DNA of 64,000 bases from Bugula neritina (lineage: Eukaryota > Animalia > Bryozoa), in assembly GCA_964035545.1 (NCBI GenBank), contig OZ037769.1:8227929-8291928 (forward strand), read 5' to 3'. Numbering within the stretch: the stretch's first letter is position 1; each line of letters starts with the position of its first letter. Both the position numbers and the translations under genes were made by a program. The notes under the pieces are model-generated. The model had not been told where the DNA came from. It made no database searches and saw nothing but the letters and a program-made list of their open reading frames with translations. This document shows positions 30,088 to 42,409 of the stretch, piece after piece.

Positions 30088-30761
30088 GTTATCCTCCCAA
30101 AACAAACATGCAGACGTTCAAAAAGAATCTTCAATTTAAATAACTCAACTCAGAGTTTAGAAAGTTTTATCATATTTGGAGCAGAAAATCTACAAAGGTC
30201 ACCTGACAAGAAGAAATATGCGCCACAACAAATACATAGAAACCTGGTGGAAAAGCTAGATGATATCAGCCCTGAGATGCTAGATGACGCAGAGAAAAAG
30301 TTAAAGGTAGCAGAAAACAAACTTAAAGAGTTGGCAAATAATATAAAATTATTTGACAACACTTGGGACAATTTATTAAACAAAGATGAAAAGATGGTGG
30401 AGGGCTTCACAGATGACTTTGGCTCCTTAAGTTCAGAAACTGCAAAGAGTAAACTGAGCTCTGGCAACTCAAAACAACCAACAGATAAAATCGCTATAAG
30501 AGGTGAGACAACATCTACAGAAAAGAATAACAGCTTAACTCCATTGGCTGACATGAAATCTGTATTTGATGAGGATTGAAAGCCGTTTCATGTTTCTCCA
30601 GGTACTTCTAACCAACATCAATGTCTGCCCGAAGCATCTCAAGATGTTTGGCCACCATTAGCTTCCACCATACTCTCGGAAGATGTAGAAACACATGCAC
30701 AGAAACACTGGTGGGGAGTGATCAAGAAGACAGCAGACAGATCTAGAAACAAGATCAGCTA
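30088..30761 (+). pseudogene. Coiled-coil-rich exon of unknown product inside the TIR-bounded interval
   Basis: ORF 30067-30579 with a splice acceptor at about 30087 and an upstream donor CAG|GTAAG at 29851. The frame stays open for ~60 codons past the TGA at 30577. Confidence 0.4.
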
Positions 30762-33383
30762 AAGACAGAGTAATGAGACTGCTGACATGCTCTTCTCTGC
30801 ACCCTTTGTGGTCATAAACCTGTTTTATAATGAATCTACTACTGTACTCTCTTCCAACTAGTTACTTCAGTTAGTTCTAGGCCAATGCATAATCATCTCG
30901 AAGTTAATTGCCTACTGCAGAGACATACAACTTAAATAAGTAACTTAGTATCTGTGTTATTTATCCATCTTATAACCTGTTTTATGCCTTTGTTCATATA
31001 CCTCGAGTATTCTTTAGATATATAACTCACTATATATTTGACACGCTTTTTTTTCTGAATTATTTCAGTAATTATATATATTAAAGGCATTAATCAAACA
31101 CATAATATATTTATATTATACCATGTAAAATTGTTCTTCTAAGAATATTGCATTTGTTTCCTTTGGTTTCATTGATTATGGCGAATAAAATGACTCAACC
31201 TTGTTGCTTGAACATTGATTTGATGTGAGTGCTGGCATACAGAATAAATAATCACTGAACACCATTATGGTAAATTGAAACACAAACAATAAACATGTGC
31301 AGTTTTATAATATCTATAATTATGCAACTCTATCAATTGACACTTTATAGCATGCAGGTCTCGAGTGTAGCCTTCAGCCTACATTTATGTGACTTTCAAA
31401 GTAATATACGAGTATAACAAATGAAATTGTTTTGAACACATGATATATGAATTTGAGCAAAATTTTAAATGTCTGGTTTAAATACATGTAGCCTGCAAAT
31501 TAAATATTGGGATTTCATTGTTTAATTATTCATTGGACTTTAGAATAAAAATGTGCTTGAAAATTGCTAATTGTTTTACAATGTGCCCATTTAGTACTAT
31601 AGAACATTCCACTTGAGTGGCCCTCGCTCTGAAAAGGTTGAATATTTTCTCAACCTGTTTTAAAATAAATATAGAATTCAGCCTAAAACATGCTGCCAAA
31701 GTTTCATAGTTTAATTTCATGAAATGATGATAACTAACATTACCCAATATGTTGCGGGCTTATGACCCGGGTGTTGCTATAATTTATATACCTTTCAAGA
31801 AAGCTTTAATAGAAACCTAGTGATTTCTATTATAAATATTATAATATATATACATGTATATATATTCAGTGATTGAACACTCTAACCAAATGGTCACAAA
31901 CTCAAGCTGCTATAGCCTTTTGCAGGGCTCAAGACTGTTATTAGCGACCCCTAGAGTCATTTGAGCACTCTGGCCTAATTTCCCCCCTTTTGAAGGGCAA
32001 GAGATTTTACAACTTACTGAATAGAAATATATGATACAATGCAATATATTTAGTTCTATTACATTTGCATAGGATATAATTAGCATAATAGTAATATTAT
32101 CGTTATTTTTATGCAGAAAGACATAGAGCAGTTCATTTATTAATGTTATGGTTTCAGATGATACTTTTGTGCCAGCTTGCTTAAGGCTGGCTTTGTTTTG
32201 ACCAGGTCCATTTTAAGTTAAGGCAGTTTCTCTTCTTTTTTAATTGATGAGAATCCTACATCACACAAATAGCTGGTGCTGGATGGCACCACAACTCTAC
32301 TTTTTCGTCAGCTATATGTGTGAGAGAGTTTGCTTTTTGAAACCCAGAATGATTTTAGCTCAAAATGGCAACTGTAATTGGTACAGGTGATAATGGAAAA
32401 ATAGGTTAAAATAGCACATTTTCAATATTAGGATTAAAGATTTGAGTTGGGGGTTAGGCGTTCAGAATGCGGGGGTTTGGAGGTTTGGGTTTGAAAAAAT
32501 TTAACACCAGTGTGCTATTTTTACCTGTGCCAATTTTACCTAAAACTGGAACAGGTTCTTCTTCTATAAAAGTTCATTGAGTGTAGGAAAAGACACCGAG
32601 TTTTTAATAGAGATGCCACCATTCTATAGTGTAACTTTAAAAACATTGATTCTGCTATGAAAAGCAATGATATGATTACTGCACTCTTGAGTCATTAGGT
32701 TCAGAATATTGATTGTAGCAAATAGATTCACCAGGTATGCAGTATACATGTTGTTGAGATTGACTTGCATGGCCTCTAAAAGTTGGCCTGCATGCTGGTT
32801 TTTGCAACTTTTTTGACCTCCATTCAAAATAGTGCAGAGAACGGTTAGGGTAGATTAATTAATAAACACATTCATGTAGAAGTAAACTGAGATTGCAGAA
32901 TATGGATTGGCTAATTAGACGAACTAAGATGAAGATTTATATATATACATAATATACATGTAACTTGCAAGAGCGTCAAAAGCCTTCAAAAAATGTCATG
33001 AATTTTACAAAATGCTAATTCCCCGGCCCCAAAATATCCAAATTCCCTCAGGTTGGGAACCACTGTTCGAAGTGAAGATTTTAATGCAAAAAACTTATAC
33101 TTTTAAGTTTATTGTTTTTCGAGTGCGACTTTTGTTTGAATAACTTTGACTCAACTTGAAAATTTTATTACTTTAATTATACAACAACTGCAAAACGTTA
33201 CATTGTTCAACAGTTTTATTTGATCAATATTCGTATTCTTGGGTTTTAAAAACAAAACATCATTGTAAAAAAATTCAATGGAGACAAATCAAAAAATTCA
33301 ATTTATTTTCAAAAATTTGCTTTGTCAGTGTTTATATATTTCTCAATTTGTATTAGAATGTATTAGAGATCTTGGTATGTACC

Positions 33384-34383
33384 TGGAAGAGTTGTAACCC
33401 GGGTCTTACAAAATAAGCTTAAGGTGCCAGTTCATAATAAATTAATCAAATATCGCATTAATAGCAATTATACATGAAATAATTTGATGATTGGCCAAGT
33501 TTTACTTGTAAAAGAAAGAGAACTTTTTTAAAACCTTGTCCTGTCTTCTATATCGTAGATATATGTATTTAGCACCCTAACAAGTCTGTAAATGGAATTA
33601 ACATAAAAATCATTTATATTATTTTGAGTGGTATGTGCTTAACAAAATGATTGATATAAACAAAGTTAACAACAAAACTAGGTTGAAAGGCATAAGCAAG
33701 TTGACGAGAATTTATTTTTCACGAGTTAATTTATTTTTCACAAATGGTATGTAAGGCAGAAGGTTGCAACAGTTTTCCATGAAATCCTTTGCTGCCCTTC
33801 TTAACCTTTGATTAACTCATTACATCATGATATTGTATATAAGTTGAATGCTTATGCAATCAACTGCACAAATAATATTATTCATAAAAGAAGAGTTGTT
33901 TTCTGTTTTACCTCAACGCATGAAATATATGATCTAATATATTCAAACTTGTGAACTGCCGAGTGTTTATTTTAAATAATATTTCTTTTCAAATGATTTT
34001 ATAAAAAAGCTTTCCACAAAACAGTTATGTATTTACAAAATGTATAGGACAGTGTTATTTTTAAACTGTTAATTGTATTTTTATCTGTAGGACAGCACAT
34101 CATTGAAGAAATTGAACGGGGGAGACAAATCCTAAACGTAAATTTCTAACGCGTTGTTAATTTATATTCCGAGCTAGTTTAATACTACACAACTGTGTTG
34201 AATGGAGTTGAGGAATCCGGCATATTATAGTACTTACACGTGCTACACTTTGTTAGTGTGGTATTTCCACATATAAAATGCATTACATAAATATTGGAGA
34301 ACACTACCATACAATGATTATTAATTGTTTCTTCTTACCCAAATAAAGGATTAAATAAAACTCAAACTCACCATGGTCGCCAT
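33384..34383 (-). CDS. Possible first two micro-exons of a host gene (MATM / TRVTTLP)
   Basis: AAAATGGCGACCATG|GTGAGT at 34383-34372 and a phase-compatible 22-nt exon at about 33405-33384 ending CAG|GTAC. G-rich promoter-like DNA at 34440-34570. No downstream exons identified. Confidence 0.3.
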
Positions 34384-34898
34384 TTTTGTTAGAAAACCCT
34401 TGATGGAACAGTTGTTTTGTAAACTCAGGCTAAGAAATAATCTTTCGGATGAGACGCAGAAGCAATTCTGACTGCAGGGATGCTCTCCCTATAACACCAC
34501 CAATCTATAGGGATAACAAGGGGGGGGGAGGGGGAGGGGCACAACGGTCATAGGGGTACAAAAAGCCGGCCAAGTTGTGAGAGAACTAATATTGACTTGG
34601 AGCTGGGATTTTTTTCTCATAAAAAGGTATTGACATAATTATTCAGGCATTGTAGTTTCAACACTTGCGGAACATATGTGTTGAAAAGGCAAGTAAAAAA
34701 CTGTTTTTATCTACTTTTTGTAAATTTTTTAAGTTGTCACTAAAGCTTTATAACTTTCTACACTCAAAGTCAACAATTAGCCTAGATTTTACTGATATTG
34801 TTGCCAGTGCTTGTCTCTACATTGCTGAACTAATATAACAGCAAACTCTAAAATAAATTTTCCTTGAGGCTCATTCTTTTCAATTTGGCCGCCCGGGC

Positions 34899-35333
<435 letters not shown>

Positions 35334-35657
35334 TTTGGGGTTTGTTATATATTTTGTTAATGAGTATATTCATTAATTAAAGATAATTTTTGTTATTAAT
35401 ATTATTGTAATGGGTTACGCAGTATAATAATATGGGATCATCTCCGCTCTTTTTGGGGAATACGAAAGACCATACTGTACCGTCCAATAGGAAGAACCGG
35501 TAGGCGAGCTTCCTGTCCAGTGACAATTCCCGGGTTAATTAGCAATTATCACGTTGTTGTGAGCGAGGACTCGAAGTGTAAACACGTATTAGTGAATGAC
35601 TAATGTTAACTGTAAATTGATGTAATGTTTGTATTGCACTTTATTGTGGATAATAAA

Positions 35658-36209
35658 TGTAGCGTTTTGATCATTTTTTTATTACACACTTTTGCATACA
35701 GTGGCACAGGACAATTCATCACCCTTCACCCTTATACTCACTTAGCTACTCACTTTGCCACAGCATTTTTTAGACCACAAATAGCTTTGTTTTCACCATT
35801 ATACAATGCAATGATTTTTGTTAACAGAATAGCCGTCAGCTTTTTATAGCTTGTAGCCAGGAATTATAATAGCTGAGGTTTTATGCCTTCATTCCAGAGT
35901 CTGATGCTTTTCTCCACTGTTTGTTGTAATTCCCACTAGTCATTTTTGATTTTTGATTAAACTTTCACTATCACAAATTTATATATTTAATTCTTACTCT
36001 CCCCAGGAAGGGTAATAGAGGTATGTTGACCATTGTTAATGTTATGCAACAATTTTGTAATGTTTTATGTTTAATTTTTCTTTTCATCAATATCTCTATT
36101 ATTAAATTTTATTATTGTAGTTTCACGTTGGTTACCAGTTAGTTTCAATAAACATCAGCAAAACTCCAGCAGTGTAACCTGTTATCAATAAACTGGGGTA
36201 GACGTTACA
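35658..36209. mobile_element. Solo LTR of a different family nested in the 5' LTR
   Basis: TGTAGCGT...ACGTTACA termini, 552 bp, 5-bp TSD ATAAA. Absent from the 3' LTR (empty site at about 40028-40035). Confidence 0.88.
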
Positions 36210-36313
36210 ATAAAGGTTATTACTCGACAGCTACCCTAGTAATTACTAGTTAGAGCTAGCGCTGAAATACACAAGCAAAATCCAGGCAACAGTAATTGTG
36301 CAAATTACAACAG

Positions 36314-36331
36314 TGGTGGCAGCGGTGGGAT
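36314..36331 (+). promoter_or_regulatory. Primer-binding site complementary to the 3' end of tRNA-Leu
   Basis: TGGTGGCAGCGGTGGGAT, 1 nt after the LTR-terminal CA. Confidence 0.88.
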
Positions 36332-36346
36332 ATTGCGTATATCAGG

Positions 36347-37247
36347 ATGGCAGAAGAAGGTACGAAGCTACCCATTCAACTGAACGGAGGTGAGGAAAAC
36401 AATGTTGCTATACCTATAGAACCAGTGGTGTTAGAAGAAGTGAGAGTTCCCAGAGAACTCAATGAGGATAGATACCGGCTGAAGGCGCCCACCTTCATGG
36501 GCGAAGAAGCAGTTGAACAATTCATTCAAGAATTTCAAGAGGTGATGGAAGTTGCACAGTAGCCACCAAGAGTAGCACTGCTCAAGCTGAGAATGGCGTT
36601 GATGGACAAGGCCAAGCCCTACAAAGCGGGACATGACATTGACGGGATCTTTGCTTCTCTGCGGGCCCGTTTTAGTATCTCCGCCAATGATGCGCGGGCT
36701 CGCCTACAAAGACTGCGGTGTGATCCTCACACGCCGCTGCAAAGCTACCACGGTGATGAGGCTGGCGCAGATTGCATTCTGGGATCTGCCTCAAGCGAAC
36801 CTTGAGAAGTATACTTATGATGCCTTCGTGCAATCCATCAACGATTTGGGACTTCATTACCAGTTTCTGGCGAGGGGAGTCACCACAGTCGAAGGTGCCC
36901 TCGCAGTAGGAGAAGCTTACCTACTGGCGGGCCACATGCACCGGAACCGCGTGGCTACCCGCCGGGTGGACATGGAGCCCTCCGCTGCTCCTGCCGCACC
37001 AAATGCGGAAACTCCAGCGGTGGCTAACGTGACACAGATGACGGTAGCATTGAAGGTCGCTCAAATGACCGACATGCTAGCCAAACTGGTTTCTACGTTA
37101 GCCCCCCAAACCAGGTAGACATCGCCCGTGAGCCTAGCGGGCCGCCGGCACAATCACCAGGTACGGGGCACCCCTTCTGCTGGGAATGCGGAAGGCCTGG
37201 ACACTTCCAGAAGAGCTGTCCTCAACCTCAGCCGGGGTTAAATTACC
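36347..37247 (+). pseudogene. gag: gag remnant
   Basis: LKAPTFMGEEAVEQFIQEF capsid-like motif, stops and a frameshift, CCHC knuckle CWECGRPGHFQKSC at about 37178-37219. Confidence 0.8.
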
Positions 37248-38117
37248 GTGGCCGGCAGACGCTCTGCCTCCTGCGGGCCGCCGGTGAGTTCCCAAGGGAG
37301 GACAAAGTGGTGGCCGCCATGCTGGGCACCACTCAGCAACCTCATGGAGCGGCCACCAACATGGCAAGTAGGCAGTTCCAGCCACTCGCCACCTGTTTTC
37401 TCTGTGCTGCTCCACAACAGATTTGACAGACTGCGGATCGCAGAGCCTGCAAGGGAAGCAACACGGACGCCCCGAGGCGTGTCGTTTCACCCCCCGCAGC
37501 TGGTCCACGGCCGTCACCAATCACCAATTCCTGGACCTGTGATGAGGGAGGTGCAGCCACGGCAGGTACGGATGCAGCCCCATGGAAGCAGCTATTTCCT
37601 ACCAGGAGAGATAGCTGGCAAGCCTGCCAACTTCCTACTTGACTCAGGCTGCACCACCATTCTCCTGAGCCGTCAATTCTTTGACACCCTCGGGGCTACG
37701 ATCAGGAGAGGGCTGGAACCATACGAAGGGGATCATGGCACCCTAGCAGACCGGTCGTGCATTCCCTTCTATGGTATTTCTGAGGTTAATGGACGCATCT
37801 GCGACCAGACCATCCAGGAGACGTTCATCGTCGGACAGCTCAACGAGGATGCTATCCTTGGGATGCCATTCTTACAACAACACCGGTGTTGCATCGATTT
37901 CAGTAAATCTGTGATGCTAATGGGCGATAGGGAGCTCACCTGTGTTGATAAGTTTGGCCGTTCCCTAGCGGGGGGGGTACAGGTAGCACGGAGTTTTACT
38001 ATACCCGGCCACTCCCGGGCCACCATTCACTGTAAAGTGGACGGTGGCTATCTCTTTAGGTTGGGAGTTGTTGAAAGTACGCACGCTAGAATCCAACCCG
38101 CCCGCAGTCTTAACTAG
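37248..38117 (+). pseudogene. Retropepsin aspartic protease region of pol
   Basis: ANFLLDSGCT and DAILGMPFL motifs. Confidence 0.88.
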
Positions 38118-38682
38118 CTGACAGGACGAGGAAAGATCTAGGTGCAGTGTATCAACCCCTTCCCGGAGTCGGTAAACCTACCGTCCGGCTCTACACTGGG
38201 CCGCTTTCATTCTGTTCAAGAAGAAGACAGCGAGCCGCTTGGGAAACCACGACGGAGAGTACTTGGCAGCGCTCGTCTCAAGGGCGGAGGACCGCCCCGC
38301 ACCACGCCCCATACCACTCTGGGACGCGTGGCAGATACTGGTATAGCTGTGTAGGCAACGGAGAGCGCCAGAGTAAGGCCAAGTTCCTACACAAAAACCA
38401 ACAGGGAGACCATGACGACAACCTAAATAGAGCTGTGCGCCATGAAGCACCACTGGTTGCGGAGACTGCCCCTACTTGGCGAACCATTAGGAGAAAGGGC
38501 AGGGGTTCTCCGCCGCCAAGCCGGACAAACAGGACTCTCTAGAAACTGAGTATGACTGGAACTAGAGTCAACTCCAACAGAGGGCTGGCATGCCCCCGGA
38601 GATAGTACACAACCTCCGCGCCAAACCTGTCTGGACCGGTGGCGCCAGGGAGCTACGACATCTCTAGGAAAACCTTCGAGGG

Positions 38683-39435
38683 GTGGTAGCCGACGTGTAC
38701 CAAGCCAAACAGGAAAGGCGACGACCCAGTGACAAACAACGGAGGCAAGGATGCGCCGAGTTACGGCTGTACTGTCAACGTTGGAACTCACTGCGGATCG
38801 GGCCGGATGGTCTGCTGACCATGTCTTTGGCCGCCAACCACGGACAACCAGCAAAGGAGAGGGTGGTCTGCCCAACTGCCATTCGCCGGGAGTTGATACG
38901 GGACACCCACCAACTGGCTCACGCAGGAGTCCAGAGGGTGCTCACCAAGTTACAACTCCGGTGGTATTGGCACAACATGGAGCGTGATGTACGGCGCAGA
39001 GTGAGAGAGTGCGAAACCTGCCAGGCTAACAAGCATGGCCGTCTCTCTGGTGAAGCTATCCGGTCTGTAATTAGGAAGGCCCTGACCCTGGCTGCATTGA
39101 CTTCAGGATTCCAGACGTTACTGACTGCCACCCGCCAACGATCCCCTATGGTAAAGACTCCACCATCCACCCCCGTCACTTCTCATGACACTCCAGCAGA
39201 AGACGGTACGACAATAATTCCCACGAAGGAGAAGACCCCACCCCCGCCTGGACCCAGCCGACTGGCAACGGTAGAAGAACGGCTTCTGCGGTTACAGGCA
39301 CAATTCACACAATTGGCCCCGGACCTGCTCAGTACGACGACAGGCTTGTATCAACTAAAAGACCCCGTGGGGCGACTGAAACGGAGACTACGTGCACGTC
39401 AGGCACGACACAGATCTCAATCACTACAGGAATAA
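38683..39435 (+). pseudogene. Integrase H2C2 zinc-binding domain fused to an unrelated Pro-rich/coiled-coil tail
   Basis: HQLAHAG...WYWHNMERDVRRRVRECETCQ. No DDE core follows. Confidence 0.8.
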
Positions 39436-40085
39436 GGACTGGTTTACGGATAATTCTCTTCCCGGATATCCTCAGGGTACCACGTTGTGATCATGTAAAT
39501 GCTGCGCTCAACTGGCTATTGGTCCCTGTGACCACTTCCTCTCTGTAGCTGACTAAGTACCACGTTCAGCTGGTTATTGGTTTGCGTGACAATCGACGAC
39601 TGCTCTCTCTCTGTAGCTGACCAACTGTGTGTTGACCATTTTATTGTACCTTATGTATATACGCTTGTATACTTGATTTCTCTTCTTTCTCTTTGTGGGT
39701 TTACTTATGTCAAATTTTTATATATTATTATACTTGTTTTTTTATCAGAAAGTAGGGGTTTCTGCTGGTGGGGGCGGTGTAATGGGTTACGCAGTATAAT
39801 AATATGGGATCATCTCCTCTCCTTTCGGGGAATACTAAAGACCATACTGTACCGTCCAATAAGAAGAACCGAAAGGCGAGCTTCCTGTCCACTGACAATT
39901 CCCAGGTTAATTAGCAATTATCACGTTGTTGTGAGCGAGGACTCGAAATGTAAACACGTATTAATGAATGACTAGTATTAACTGTAAATTGATGTAATAT
40001 TTGTATTGTACTTACTTTATTGTGGATAATAAATGTTATTACTCGACAGCTACCCTAGAAATTACTAGTTAGAGCCAGCACTGAA

Positions 40086-41054
<969 letters not shown>

Positions 41055-42409
41055 ATGTCGATAATTATTTATACATAGTTTAATTACTAGCCCATTCTGT
41101 AGCCAGCCTAAGAGTTTCTATAGATTTTTATATTAATTCTCCCATAGTCCCAGTCTAGCCGGCTGTTGGACATGTGCAGGCCACTATTTCTCAACCCCGC
41201 ACAAACTATTTCTTACGTAGTCCCAGCCTATCGAGCTGTTGGACGCTTACAGGCCATTACTATTTGATGTATAAGCACATACTAACAATTTTACAATTTA
41301 AAGGGCTCGTCCAGAATGACGTTAAACTTCAATCGTAAAACTAGGGCTACACAGTATACTGTCATATAATACATAGGCTACTATAACAAACAAAAATCTA
41401 TAGTTCAACAGGCTACATACGACAATTTATATAAAGCGCGCCTACAAACACAAACAGTCCCAAAACACGAACAAATCGAAAAACAATCCTCACGTGGTCA
41501 GGTCTCATACAATTTATATCGTCATGACAACACGTCAGTAGGGCGACACGTATGTAAAACCACAAAATAAAATAGGACACCGACACAGATTGAATATATA
41601 AAAAAAATTTAATGGTATACCGACAGCATGCATAAATCTGTACGGAAGCACAACAAATTTACAGGCTTTGCAAAAAAATATTACTACTGGACGTCCATAG
41701 AGCTCTATACTTTGACATTGACCAGACTACATTTCATAAACGTATGAAATAGACTGAGTGCACATTACTCTGGTGCACTTTGCTAACCCACATGCTAACT
41801 ATCAACACTAACCACTTTCTTTAATATGTTGGTGATGCATATATTTATATAATGTTATGTGTTTGATGTTGGGAATTTGTTAATAATGAAGCGCTGCTGC
41901 CTGGCCACGACCCACATATAAGCACAACTTATGTTGTGCTAGCGCTAACGTATGAGAATAACAGTACATGACTTCATTTAGTATGACACAACATTAATCT
42001 AGTATATGCTTACTTATTTAAAAACATAAATAAAACTAGCTATTATAAAAATATATACTGTAGTTTATCCTATATTAGGTCCAAATAGTAGTTACCAGGG
42101 ATTTTAAGATTATTAATTTGTTAACAATTATTCATGGGACTATAAGAAAAAGAAGGTAGGCAGCATTATTAGCAGAACACATGTGGAGGCAGGCTGGGCG
42201 AGGACCTGACTTGTCACATGCTTACCAAAGATTCTCCAATTTTGTTCATCTTAATGTGCCTGCTTATTTAGTGAGCACTTTAAATATAGTATATTGATTT
42301 GACACAACAGATCCATTTTACTATTTTTATATTAGATTGGAAACAAAAAAACTTTAATATAGAGTTATGAAATCTTTTAAATGTTGTATGTTGATGTATC
42401 ATGTTAATG

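Larger units (their letters stand above)
21115..30137 (+). repeat. Segmental duplication, copy 1 (pairs with 51953-60550)
   Basis: Collinear and highly similar (a few percent divergence by eye) from ATGCTTCTATTGACAAC to AAAAGAATYTTCAATTT. Confidence 0.97.
21524..33065. mobile_element. 11.5-kb interval bounded by hAT (Charlie/Buster-type) terminal inverted repeats
   Basis: Perfect 17-bp TIRs: CAGTGGTTCCCAACCTG at 21524 and CAGGTTGGGAACCACTG ending at 33065. Right flank TTCGAAGT; left flank TTTCAAAT here and TTCCAAGT in the duplicate (7/8 match), consistent with an 8-bp TSD. Confidence 0.8.

Noticed and set aside
41218-41256. HDV-like ribozyme (shares GUCCCAGCCU with the HDV genomic ribozyme)
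   Set aside because: The P1/P3/P1.1/P4 nested pseudoknot cannot be completed on either strand.
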